From the NCBI GenBank assembly GCA_964390935.1, contig CAYMKA010000001.1, positions 1 through 49,226 of the forward strand: a stretch of DNA of 49,226 nucleotides, read 5' to 3'. The notes under the pieces are model-generated. The model was not told where the DNA came from. It saw only the letters and a program-made list of their open reading frames with translations, and searched no databases. Each line of letters begins with the position of its first letter. The stretch's first letter is position 1. Of this stretch, positions 1 to 8,457 are shown piece by piece. The translations under genes were made by a program, and so were the position numbers. The stretch comes from an uncultured bacterium (GTDB lineage Bacteria > Margulisbacteria > CAYMKA01).

Positions 1-6
1 CATTAC

Positions 7-909
7 CTAATCTTTATCCATGTCTTTATCAGGGATTTCCTTTAAAGCTTCATGTTGGGCAATCGTTTCTTCAAACTCAAGCGCCTTCGCCATTTCGATC
101 GATTCATTGTAATCGTCCACAATCTCTTCATTAATACCTTGTGAACGAGCAATCGCAATTTTAGAACCTTCTTCGCAGGCTCTTGAGATTGCATTGGCAA
201 TTAACTTAATAGCACGAATCGCGTCGTCATTAGAAGGAATGGGATGAGTGACCAAATTTGGGTTCGAGTTGGTATCAACCATCGCAATAATCGGAATATT
301 TAAAATATTTGCTTCATGCACGGCAATGGCTTCATTTAATGTATCCACCACGAAAATTGCTTGAGGCAATTTTTTCATGTTACGAATACCTTCTAAGTTG
401 AAAAGCAGTTTGGTTTTTTCCTTTTTAAGAGCAGAAACTTCTTTCATCGGAAGTTTGTCAAAAATACCGTCTGTTTCCATTTTTTCGATTTTCTCTAAAC
501 GGCGTACAGATCGGCGAATCGTGTCTAAGTTAGTAAGCGTTCCGCCCAGCCAGCGTTGTGAAACATAGTACATACCGCAGCGCATTGCCTCTTCTTTTAA
601 AGCTTCTTGAGCTTGTTTTTTGGTGCCCACAAAAAGCACTTTTCCGCCGCGACCCACAATGTCACGCACGATGCGATAAGCGGTATTGATTAAAATAAGA
701 GTTTTTTGCAAATCGATAACGTGAATATCGTTACGAGCAGTATAAATAAACTTTTTCATACGGGGGTCCCAACGCTTGGTTTGGTGACCAAAATGCACGC
801 CCGCTTCTAAAAGCTGGCGCATCGTCACAATGGCTTCAACGCCTGTGCCGGCTCCATCTTTCTTTTCTTTAGTTTCTGAAACTGCAGACTCTTTTGTCGT
901 TTGAGACAT
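7..909 (-). CDS. rpsB: 30S ribosomal protein S2
   Basis: ORF 7..969 contains the S2 core (MRQLLEAGVHFGHQTKRWDPRMKKFIY...GGKVLFVGTKKQA...FVVDT..E.IAV.EA..L.IP). Start placed at the ATG at 909 (MSQTTKE), preceded by aaagaaagg. Acidic C-terminal tail; TAG stop at 7..9. Confidence 0.92.
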   Translation of the reverse strand: MSQTTKESAVSETKEKKDGAGTGVEAIVTMRQLLEAGVHFGHQTKRWDPRMKKFIYTARNDIHVIDLQKTLILINTAYRIVRDIVGRGGKVLFVGTKKQAQEALKEEAMRCGMYYVSQRWLGGTLTNLDTIRRSVRRLEKIEKMETDGIFDKLPMKEVSALKKEKTKLLFNLEGIRNMKKLPQAIFVVDTLNEAIAVHEANILNIPIIAMVDTNSNPNLVTHPIPSNDDAIRAIKLIANAISRACEEGSKIAIARSQGINEEIVDDYNESIEMAKALEFEETIAQHEALKEIPDKDMDKD

Positions 910-1167
910 AAAATAACCTTTCTTTTTGTTTGATCTTCCGCTGGCACTTGCGACCACCCTCACGGGCACACGATCACGAAATGTTTGATCCAGCGTGTTT
1001 ATTTTTTCCTTTCGGAAAATGGATTGTAATTATGAGGCAGAAAGTGGTGTTTCGTAAACGATAAATATTCTATAGACACCTGTATGTTGATCTAACAGTA
1101 ACAATCACTGAATAAGAATACTAAAAGAGGGCATGTTCTCCTGTCACAGAAAAGACGCTGGTACACA

Positions 1168-1503
1168 GTGTCTATGCAGAAAGGGATGATGGGTATGACA
1201 AATCAAAAAACAAAAGAGAAAGAGTCAGATTTAGAAGATATTCATAATGCAATTAAAAAATTATTTATTGTTGAAGATTTACAAAATATTGGATTCCATT
1301 ACTATAAAACATGTTTGGCTTGGTATAAAAATTTCAAAAATAACTGGCACAAAATTAAAACATTATATTCTGAGCAGTTCTATCGAATGTGGACATACTA
1401 TCTATTATCAGGAGCAGGCGGCTTCAGAGCACGTGAATTTCATGTGTGGCAAATTTTACTAAGCAAGAATGGTATAACAGAAGAGCTAACTTACCTAAGA
1501 TAA
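1168..1503 (+). pseudogene. 3' remnant of a cyclopropane-fatty-acyl-phospholipid synthase (Cfa-family methyltransferase) gene
   Basis: The 111-aa ORF aligns by eye only with the last ~85 residues of Cfa enzymes (LFIVEDLQNIGFHYYKTCLAWYKNFKNNW...YSEQFYRMWTYYLLSGAGGFRAREFHVWQILLSK). The SAM-binding fold that should precede it is absent. The non-homologous N-terminus starts at a GTG. Confidence 0.7.
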
Positions 1504-1507
1504 GGAA

Positions 1508-3823
1508 TCATTTATCCTCAAAATCGAGACTGTATATTTTGACTGACTGAGATTTTCCCTTAAACCTCTTACTGTCCTTGAGTTCGTAATTAAGAATAAA
1601 ACTATCTTTACTTGAATACTTAATTCTGACTCTACTTTTTTCTTTTATTGATTTTTTTCCTAAAAGGTTTTCCATAAAAAACTCAGTTGCTAAAACAGTT
1701 GAACCATAATCTTTATTAGCTGCCTCTACTCTTGCCGCAGTATTAATTGAATCCGCAATCGAAATAAATTGAATAATGCGGTTACCGATGCTGCCAGAGG
1801 AAACTGTTCCATAATTCAAACCAACTCCGATCGAAAAATTAAAGTTAAACAAAGGCTCAATTTTGTTTCCAGGAAAATTTAAATAGTCTTCATACAAATT
1901 ATAAGATAGGTTCTTTAAAGAACCGAAAACATCAAACTGACTCAGCTTCAAGTCATTCTCAGAATTAACATTTTTTAAAACAAGCGCTAACCTTTGTCTA
2001 AAGTCCTCAAACATCACAAAGTTATTTTTTTGGATATTATAAGTAGTTGTGATAGAACGATATAAATTTTGAATAAGATCATTTTTTTGCTTGTCTTCCC
2101 ATTTAAATCCTTTAGTAGATTTAATTGAAGCTTTTATTGCTGCATCAAAATAGACTTTCGCAATTGCAAGATTGGCAATTTCAGAGGTTTCTTTCAAATT
2201 TTTCATTGAAACGTAAGTAGCGACTAATGAATTAACCGTCTTATCATACAAATGTAAAGATCCGTCTCCCATATTGTTATTTATTGTCCCCTTAAAATCG
2301 ATTGTCACTTCGTCGAAATTCGTATGAAAAATATCCATTAATTTCCCCACTCTAGTTGGGTCATTTAAGAATTCCCCATATGAAGTCGAGTTTCTTAGAT
2401 CGAGTATTCGGATGGCTTTTTCTGAGTTTGAAAAAGGTATTTTAATTTGCATACCATTTTGGGTGTTTTCTCGATGTTGATTGGCAATGATTGGACCTAA
2501 AATAGCTATATTTCTCATTTGTTCATATTCAGCAAATCGTTCAATAATTTCTTTTTGCTCTTCAATTTGGTTTTTTTCTTCATTTTTTTCTAAAATCTTC
2601 CTAGACATCAAATTTAATAAACTTTCATTAATCTTGTTTACCAGAGTATGACGGTTAACTAAATCAACTTGATCTTTGAGTTCTAATTGTTTTTGTAAAA
2701 ATTCAACTGAGTCATATCCCTGCTGTGATGCCGCTGCGAGAGTTTGAGTATGAGATTTTTTTATTCCATCAAGTAAAGCATCCCTTTCGTTTTTCATTTT
2801 TGAATCAAAATTCGCATAATTAAAAATATCTGAGCCTAACTCAGCAATTGAATTTACCAATAAAGATTTTATGTAAATATCTTCATTTCCTGGAATAGTC
2901 TTTTCGTCAATTAAAATCAATAAACCCAGCGCATTTCCTTTGTTTTCGTCAAAACCGACCGGTTGAATAATAGTTGCTTTAGTGGAAAAAAAAGAAACAA
3001 GAAAACTTTCTAAAAACCCCATTGGAATATCTTTGGGTATATTTTCCAAATCCCGAACAAAAATTGATTTACCTTCATATATTCCAGAAAAAATTGCACC
3101 ATGTTTGTTTTTTTCTTTAGCTTCAAAATACTCTTCTTTTTTCAATTTTATTTTTGAAAATGGTGACAACTCAAAAGAACGAATTGCAGCGTGGAGAACT
3201 GGATTTTTACTTTGTAATGAGTTCATTACATAAAATTTATTTGCCAAGGTAGAGGTTTTTGAATCAAATTCCCACCAGAATGCACTGTTTAAACCTGTCC
3301 AATCAGCTGCCCATTGAGAAATAATTTTAAAGAACTCTTCTTTAGGAATCATTCCTTCAGTTTCTATTCTATGCCTAACCTCTTGGATCTCTTTTATAAA
3401 ATTATTTGTTGACTCAGCTTTCCTTAATTTACCTGGTAACTGATTAGTTGCTCGTAAAAAATTTTTAGATCCAATTAAAAATGATAAAGGGCCCATCCAC
3501 CATGACAACAATATATATCGTATAAAATTATCCAAAAGCATCGAAAGAAATTTAGAAATTTTTGGGGGTAAAAAATAGAGTCCTTTTGCAAACCTATCTC
3601 TAAGAATTTGTTCTTTTTTCTCAAATTCATTAGACGAAATTAATTCATTTCTAGAAGAGCTTTTTATGGTCTCCTGCCCATTTTTCAGTTGTCCATTTCT
3701 GTTAACCCCATGATATCCAATTACATTGGTATGGCCATTCAGACGTCCATTACCATTCAAGACAGCATGTCCATTAGAACCATTGAGAGGCACATCAATC
3801 AATTTTATAAGTAAATTTTTCAT
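1508..3823 (-). CDS. Class III adenylate/guanylate cyclase-domain protein (divergent), with a GAF-like middle region and an Asn/Gly-rich N-terminus
   Basis: The C-terminus carries cyclase homology motifs: ILDLRNSTS...NNMGDGSLHLY (metal Asp positions) and FSIGVGLNYGTVSSGSIGNRIIQFISIADSINTAARVEAANKDYGSTVLATE. A ~110-aa insert separates the two halves. 771 aa; the gene is very AT-rich. Confidence 0.65.
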   Translation of the reverse strand: MKNLLIKLIDVPLNGSNGHAVLNGNGRLNGHTNVIGYHGVNRNGQLKNGQETIKSSSRNELISSNEFEKKEQILRDRFAKGLYFLPPKISKFLSMLLDNFIRYILLSWWMGPLSFLIGSKNFLRATNQLPGKLRKAESTNNFIKEIQEVRHRIETEGMIPKEEFFKIISQWAADWTGLNSAFWWEFDSKTSTLANKFYVMNSLQSKNPVLHAAIRSFELSPFSKIKLKKEEYFEAKEKNKHGAIFSGIYEGKSIFVRDLENIPKDIPMGFLESFLVSFFSTKATIIQPVGFDENKGNALGLLILIDEKTIPGNEDIYIKSLLVNSIAELGSDIFNYANFDSKMKNERDALLDGIKKSHTQTLAAASQQGYDSVEFLQKQLELKDQVDLVNRHTLVNKINESLLNLMSRKILEKNEEKNQIEEQKEIIERFAEYEQMRNIAILGPIIANQHRENTQNGMQIKIPFSNSEKAIRILDLRNSTSYGEFLNDPTRVGKLMDIFHTNFDEVTIDFKGTINNNMGDGSLHLYDKTVNSLVATYVSMKNLKETSEIANLAIAKVYFDAAIKASIKSTKGFKWEDKQKNDLIQNLYRSITTTYNIQKNNFVMFEDFRQRLALVLKNVNSENDLKLSQFDVFGSLKNLSYNLYEDYLNFPGNKIEPLFNFNFSIGVGLNYGTVSSGSIGNRIIQFISIADSINTAARVEAANKDYGSTVLATEFFMENLLGKKSIKEKSRVRIKYSSKDSFILNYELKDSKRFKGKSQSVKIYSLDFEDK

Positions 3824-4036
3824 AGGTTTTTTTGGTTAAGACTATAATTTATTTTAACCTTTATAGGGTGTGTAAGGTTATCGTATGTTCTTAGAGAATG
3901 GTGCAATAAATTAAGCCCATAATTGCCTTTTTGATAAATAAAATCATAAATTCACACTCTAAAGAAGATCTTCATCCACCACAATAATTAGTGGTATCCC
4001 ACCCCCCATTTTGGCCCACAATCTCCTAAGAAAACC

Positions 4037-4789
4037 ATGCAAACACGACCATTAAACATAAGCCAAGCCGATCAGCTGATCGAGCAAACCGTCATTCATA
4101 TAGATGGTCCAAAATCGACTCCTGAATCCGGTTCTATTTTCTTAGAAACCATCCAAAAAATCTCTCATCTTAAAAATCATTTTCATGAAGAACGCCGTGC
4201 TCTCATTGCATCAGTAAACACTCTTTTTAAAAATTATGAACTTTCTCAAATTCGGTTCTTTTACAAAAAGCCCGACGGTTTTAAATACAATTTCGGCAAA
4301 GCAAATATGGCAGAAATGGAACTGTCCTTTATCAACCAGCAAACTCAGTACTATCTCGATAAAATGATTTCTGCTCCTGAAATCATTTTGGGAAAAGATC
4401 AAAAGCTGCTCTATCTGCCCGCATTTATCGATAAAAAGCTGACTGCTATTATCGAATTTACCCGTGAAAAACCTTTTAACTCAACTGAAATTCAAGAGTT
4501 TTTAATTATGACGGACTATGTCTCAACCTTTATCGAAAAAATCGAACTCAACAAACTTTTAAAAACAACTTACTTAAAACCGAAGGGCATCGAGCTTTTT
4601 GCAAATCAAGAAAATACCCTATCTAAAGTGGTTCATCATGCCGTCGCAAATCAAGAGCAATTAATCAGAGTTTTTGTAAAAACTTTTTTCAAAGATTTAA
4701 TTCATTTTGGAGTTGAAATTAAAAATTTAGTTCATGCCGCCGATGAGTTTTTAGCCCAAGTGAATCATCATTTGGATATAAAAAAGTAG
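4037..4789 (+). CDS. Hypothetical protein
   Basis: Long 250-aa ORF with no competing frame. No family recognised by eye. Confidence 0.55.
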   Translation: MQTRPLNISQADQLIEQTVIHIDGPKSTPESGSIFLETIQKISHLKNHFHEERRALIASVNTLFKNYELSQIRFFYKKPDGFKYNFGKANMAEMELSFINQQTQYYLDKMISAPEIILGKDQKLLYLPAFIDKKLTAIIEFTREKPFNSTEIQEFLIMTDYVSTFIEKIELNKLLKTTYLKPKGIELFANQENTLSKVVHHAVANQEQLIRVFVKTFFKDLIHFGVEIKNLVHAADEFLAQVNHHLDIKK

Positions 4790-4874
4790 CTTAAAAAACC
4801 CACCAAAATCCATCAATGTTTAAGTTCTTTCTAACGTTGGCATAAATCAACTAGCAAACTAAAGGAGCAGGCGT

Positions 4875-5048
4875 ATGTCTAACGATAAAGATCAAATGAT
4901 TCAAAGAACGGCTCAATCGATGAACTTGATCTACAGCCCTCAAGTCTCGGCCAAAATTCACGGCAATGAAAGTGAATTAGAACAGTTTCGTCGTTTTCGA
5001 GAAGCGAAACGCAAAAAATTAATTCACAGTAAACACTTAACTAAATAA
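4875..5048 (+). CDS. Small hypothetical protein (57 aa), below the ORF-track cutoff
   Basis: ATG at 4875 sits 7 nt after a strong Shine-Dalgarno (aaaggag at 4861..4867). Reads MSNDKDQMIQRTAQSMNLIYSPQVSAKIHGNESELEQFRRFREAKRKKLIHSKHLTK, with TAA at 5046..5048. It fills an otherwise empty 300-bp gap. Confidence 0.45.
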   Translation: MSNDKDQMIQRTAQSMNLIYSPQVSAKIHGNESELEQFRRFREAKRKKLIHSKHLTK

Positions 5049-5092
5049 AGATAGTCAAAATTAAAACTCGGGTTTCGCAGTACAATATTCTT

Positions 5093-5848
5093 ATGAAAAA
5101 AAATAAACTCATTTTTGTTTTAGTTTTTGTCTTTTTTTCTTACCAATATGCTTTCGCCAATTTGCCACCCCTTCCTGAAAAATTAAATTACGGACTCGTT
5201 AAATACCAAATCAAAGACAAGAAGTCCGGCAAAATAGGCACCTACACTCAAACGGAAATTAAAAAATTAGGCAAAAACAAGTTTGAAGTCTGGGTTAAGG
5301 CTCAAAATTCAGACAAAACCACTTTCAAAATAAAAACCCTATTCGAACAAACTGACCATCTCATTTCAAAAGAATCGAGCTTAGAATTTCGCGGACCGCA
5401 AAATCAGTTGGGAGCCATTTTCCAAGTTAAATTTTTAGACAAAGAGGTCAAAGTCACTGATTCGAGAGATTCTAAAAAATTGTGGAAAAAGAAAGTCGGC
5501 GAACCCTTATATCTCAGTTAAAATTTGGGACTGGGTTTAATTGGCAATCCCTTTTTAAAAGATGTTCAGGCCACCACCCTTGTCGTCGGCACTGGTATTT
5601 TTAAAGTACGGGTTAAAAATTTAGGAGAAGAAACTGTCACCGTGCCTGGCGGGACTTTTGATTGCTATAAATTAAAAATCATTCCTGATCTGGGGCTTCT
5701 AGATAAACCTTTAGGTCGAGCTATGCCTGGTATTTTTGTATGGCAGGACAAAAAGTTTCCTCACTTACCAGTTAAATATGAAGGACCGATGGATGGCCCT
5801 ACTCGCCCTGCCGTTTTAGCAGAGATGATTGGGGTAGAATATAAATAG
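5093..5848 (+). pseudogene. DUF3108-like secreted protein gene interrupted by a single in-frame TAA (5519..5521)
   Basis: ORFs 5093..5521 and 5525..5848 are in the same frame, separated only by TAA-AAT. The first has a signal peptide (MKKNKLIFVLVFVFFSYQYAFA). The second carries the ...EETVTVPGGTFDCYKLKI... motif typical of DUF3108. Together they form one ~250-aa domain. Confidence 0.6.
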
Positions 5849-5862
5849 AAGGGACTTTCGCA

Positions 5863-7011
5863 ATGAACGTTATTCAACTCAAAAAATGGATTCTGGTAGG
5901 GCTGCTCTTCTTAGGATTAACTTCCGTAGGATCAGCAGACATGACCTACTCGAAAGGTCCTGAAACGGCCAAAGTTACTATCTTAGAATTTACCGATTTT
6001 CAGTGTCCCTTTTGCTCTCGTGGTAATCAGACTCTGCAGCAGCTCTTAAAAGAGTATCCTAACGACATTAAAGTCATATACCGCAGTTTTCCACTCTCTA
6101 TTCATCCCGATGCTCCCTTAGCTGCCGAAGCAGCTTTGGCGGCTGGAGCTCAAGGGAAGTTTTGGGAAATGCACGATTTGTTATTTGCCAATCAAAAATC
6201 TTTAAAAATGAATGATTTGCTTTCTTATGCCAAAACACTGGGGCTCGATGTCAAAAAATTTCAAAAAAGTCTTGATGGCCGTGAATTTCAAAAACAAGTC
6301 GAAACAGACATGGCTTTTGGCAAAATGCTTAAAGTCAGTGCCACCCCCACTTTTTTTATCAACGGGAACAAAATTACGGGTGCCAAGGCATATCCTGAAT
6401 TTAAAAATATCATTGATACGTTACTGGCAGGCAAAGAACTGCCTAAAGCTCTAGAGCCAAACAAAGATGTCCCCGCAGCTCCAGTCACTAATTTAAAACC
6501 CAATTTAAGCGGAACCCTTAATGTCAAAGGTTCAGAAAGTGCGCCTGTCACCATTGTTGAATACAGTGATTTTCAATGTCCTTTCTGCAGCCGCGTGGTC
6601 CCCAGCCTTGATAAATTATTTAAAGCCTATCCCGATAAAATTCGTATTGTTTTTAAACAGTATCCTTTGCCTTTTCATGCTAACGCCAGACCCGCTGCAA
6701 AGGCAGCACTTGCTGCAGGCCGCCAAAATAAATTTTGGGAAATGCATGACTTACTATTTGCTAATCAAACAAGCCTTAGTGAAACTAATTTTCTAGCTTG
6801 GGCCAAACAAATAGGTTTGGATGTAGACCAATTCAAAAAAGACCTTGTCGATCCAACGCTGGAAACTCAAATTGTGACCGACGAAAAAGAAGCACAGGGC
6901 TTTGGAATTTCTGGCACACCAAGTTTTATTATTAACGGTACAAAATATGTCGGGGCCTATCCTTATGAAAAATTTGAACAAATTATTAAGGCCGAACTTG
7001 AAAAAAAATAA
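5863..7011 (+). CDS. Secreted thiol:disulfide oxidoreductase with two tandem DsbA-like thioredoxin domains
   Basis: Signal peptide followed by two homologous halves. Each half has (F/Y)SDFQCPFCSR (CPFC active site) and GKFWEMHDLLFANQ / NKFWEMHDLLFANQ plus GTP(T/S)F(F/I)ING. Confidence 0.85.
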   Translation: MNVIQLKKWILVGLLFLGLTSVGSADMTYSKGPETAKVTILEFTDFQCPFCSRGNQTLQQLLKEYPNDIKVIYRSFPLSIHPDAPLAAEAALAAGAQGKFWEMHDLLFANQKSLKMNDLLSYAKTLGLDVKKFQKSLDGREFQKQVETDMAFGKMLKVSATPTFFINGNKITGAKAYPEFKNIIDTLLAGKELPKALEPNKDVPAAPVTNLKPNLSGTLNVKGSESAPVTIVEYSDFQCPFCSRVVPSLDKLFKAYPDKIRIVFKQYPLPFHANARPAAKAALAAGRQNKFWEMHDLLFANQTSLSETNFLAWAKQIGLDVDQFKKDLVDPTLETQIVTDEKEAQGFGISGTPSFIINGTKYVGAYPYEKFEQIIKAELEKK

Positions 7012-7039
7012 GCAGGCCTGGATTTTTGTTTTTCTTTAC

Positions 7040-7348
7040 ATGCTTCTTATTTTCATCATGAGCAGTTTCCCTGCCCCTGAAGCGGTTCATCATGTGCCCA
7101 TTTGGTATCACATCAAATTAGTGCATTTGATCGAATATGGTTTTTTATGTTTTTTATTTTTGCGTACCGGCATGTCTGTGTTTTTGGCGATTCTTTTTAC
7201 AACGCTCTACGGCGTAACCGATGAAATTCACCAAATGTTTGTCCCCAATCGCACCGCCCAAATAGTAGACGTGTTTACAAATTTCTTAGGTGCATCAATC
7301 GTATGCCTGATTTACCAGACATTTGTTCCCTCAAAAAAAAAGTTGTGA
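7040..7348 (+). CDS. VanZ-like family membrane protein
   Basis: ORF 6902..7348 overlaps the preceding gene, so the start is moved to the ATG at 7040. Sequence ...HLIEYGFLCFLFL...TTLYGVTDEIHQMFVPNRTAQIVDVFTNFLGA resembles VanZ. The exact start is uncertain. Confidence 0.6.
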   Translation: MLLIFIMSSFPAPEAVHHVPIWYHIKLVHLIEYGFLCFLFLRTGMSVFLAILFTTLYGVTDEIHQMFVPNRTAQIVDVFTNFLGASIVCLIYQTFVPSKKKL

Positions 7349-7376
7349 TAACATTGCCCGTCGGGGGGACACGTAA

Positions 7377-8444
7377 TTGACTTCAGTTATTGCAATCATG
7401 AACCAAAAAGGGGGCTGTGGAAAAACCACAACCACCATCAATCTTTCTGCGGCACTCGCACTTAAAGAAAAAAAAGTTCTCACTGTTGATTTTGATCCTC
7501 AAGGCCACGCGAGTCTGGGACTGGGCATTTCAGAAGGGATTGCCGGAAAAACCATCGCCGAAGTTTTACTCGATAAAATTAATATTCAAGACACCGTCAT
7601 TAAAATTTCTGAAAATCACGATTTAATTCCCTCAAATATTTTACTTTCTTCTCTTGAACTCAGACTGGCAGGAACGTCAGGTCGTGAATTTTATTTAAAA
7701 AACCATTTAAAGCCTTTATTTGATCGATATGACTTCATTATCATCGATTGTCCACCTCAACTAGGATTTTTGAGTGTTAATGCGGTAATGGCTGCCAGTC
7801 ACGCGGTTGTTCCAATTGAGCCCAGCAAATTCGCACTGGATGGGGCTCAGCAGTTTTTCTACACCTTAAATTTATTGTGTGAAAAAGCCGATCACAAAGT
7901 AGAAATCCGTCATTTGGTGAGCATGTATGACTACGAATCCAGTTTTGCAACCGCTTTTTATGAAGAAATGAAAAAGACTTTTAATACCACCCTGTTCCAA
8001 ACTCCTATTCGACGCTCGCGACACATTCAAGAAGCCAGCTGCGAAGGAAAAAGCGTTCTTGATTACGAAAGTGAAAGTTTGGGATACCTCGAGTTTATGT
8101 CTCTCGCTCACGAAGTCACGTTATGGGTAAACCGTAATACCATCATGCAAATTTTAAACAGCGCCCAAAACAACCCGGTGATTCGTGAAGACGGCGTTTA
8201 CTTTATTACCAAAGCCAAAGATGCCCGCAGCGTGCAGTTAGCAGGTTCTTTTAATCAATGGAACCCTGACCGCAGTTATTTACAAAAAATTACTGAAGAC
8301 ACCTGGTTTACCGTTTTACCGCTTAACAAAGGCACTCATTTTTATAAATTTGTGGTAGATGATAAATGGACAGAAGATCCCAACAATCCCGAAAAACAAA
8401 CCACTTTATTTGGAGTGACCCAGTCTGTCGTAACAGTTAAGTAA
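7377..8444 (+). CDS. ParA/MinD-family P-loop ATPase fused to a C-terminal AMPK-beta glycogen-binding (CBM48-like) domain
   Basis: The N-terminus has the deviant Walker A (VIAIMNQKGGCGKTTTTINLSAALA) and IIIDCPPQLG. The C-terminus (VQLAGSFNQWNPD...GTHFYKFVVDDKWTEDPNNP...FGVTQSVVTVK) closely mirrors the AMPK beta GBD (LSGSFNNW...GEHQYKFFVDGQWTHDPSEP). TTG start at 7377 lies after a gggggga SD-like run. Confidence 0.85.
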   Translation: MTSVIAIMNQKGGCGKTTTTINLSAALALKEKKVLTVDFDPQGHASLGLGISEGIAGKTIAEVLLDKINIQDTVIKISENHDLIPSNILLSSLELRLAGTSGREFYLKNHLKPLFDRYDFIIIDCPPQLGFLSVNAVMAASHAVVPIEPSKFALDGAQQFFYTLNLLCEKADHKVEIRHLVSMYDYESSFATAFYEEMKKTFNTTLFQTPIRRSRHIQEASCEGKSVLDYESESLGYLEFMSLAHEVTLWVNRNTIMQILNSAQNNPVIREDGVYFITKAKDARSVQLAGSFNQWNPDRSYLQKITEDTWFTVLPLNKGTHFYKFVVDDKWTEDPNNPEKQTTLFGVTQSVVTVK

Positions 8445-8457
8445 CCAGACCTTCCTG

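Noticed and set aside
377-568. Short ORFs nested in or antisense to larger genes (e.g. 377..568, 1247..1462, 2982..3233, 4211..4402, 6212..6981 set, 7417..7626, 7872..8111, 8932..9468 set, 14189..15678 set, 16129..16320, 17288..17494, 17969..18154 and their duplicates, 28840..29028, 31403..31600, 32515..33258 set, 33770..35367 set, 37695..37901, 38204..38395, 40993..41197, 43636..43842, 44465..44701, 45673..46118 set, 47563..47865, 48931..49128)
   Set aside because: All lie within or opposite confidently assigned longer CDSs. They have low-complexity or unbiased translations and no recognisable motifs, so they are treated as shadow ORFs.
1040-1167. Possible further decayed cfa fragment upstream of the remnant (an in-frame reading FVNDKYSIDTCMLI loosely recalls the Cfa FI.KYIFPGG.LPS motif)
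   Set aside because: The spacing to the aligned C-terminal part is about 45 residues too long. Two stops intervene, and the match is short and degenerate. It is not distinguishable from chance by eye.
6902-7039. 5' extension of the VanZ-like ORF overlapping the DsbA-like gene
   Set aside because: It overlaps the well-supported upstream CDS by 110 bp in another frame and has no VanZ similarity. The start was moved to 7040.
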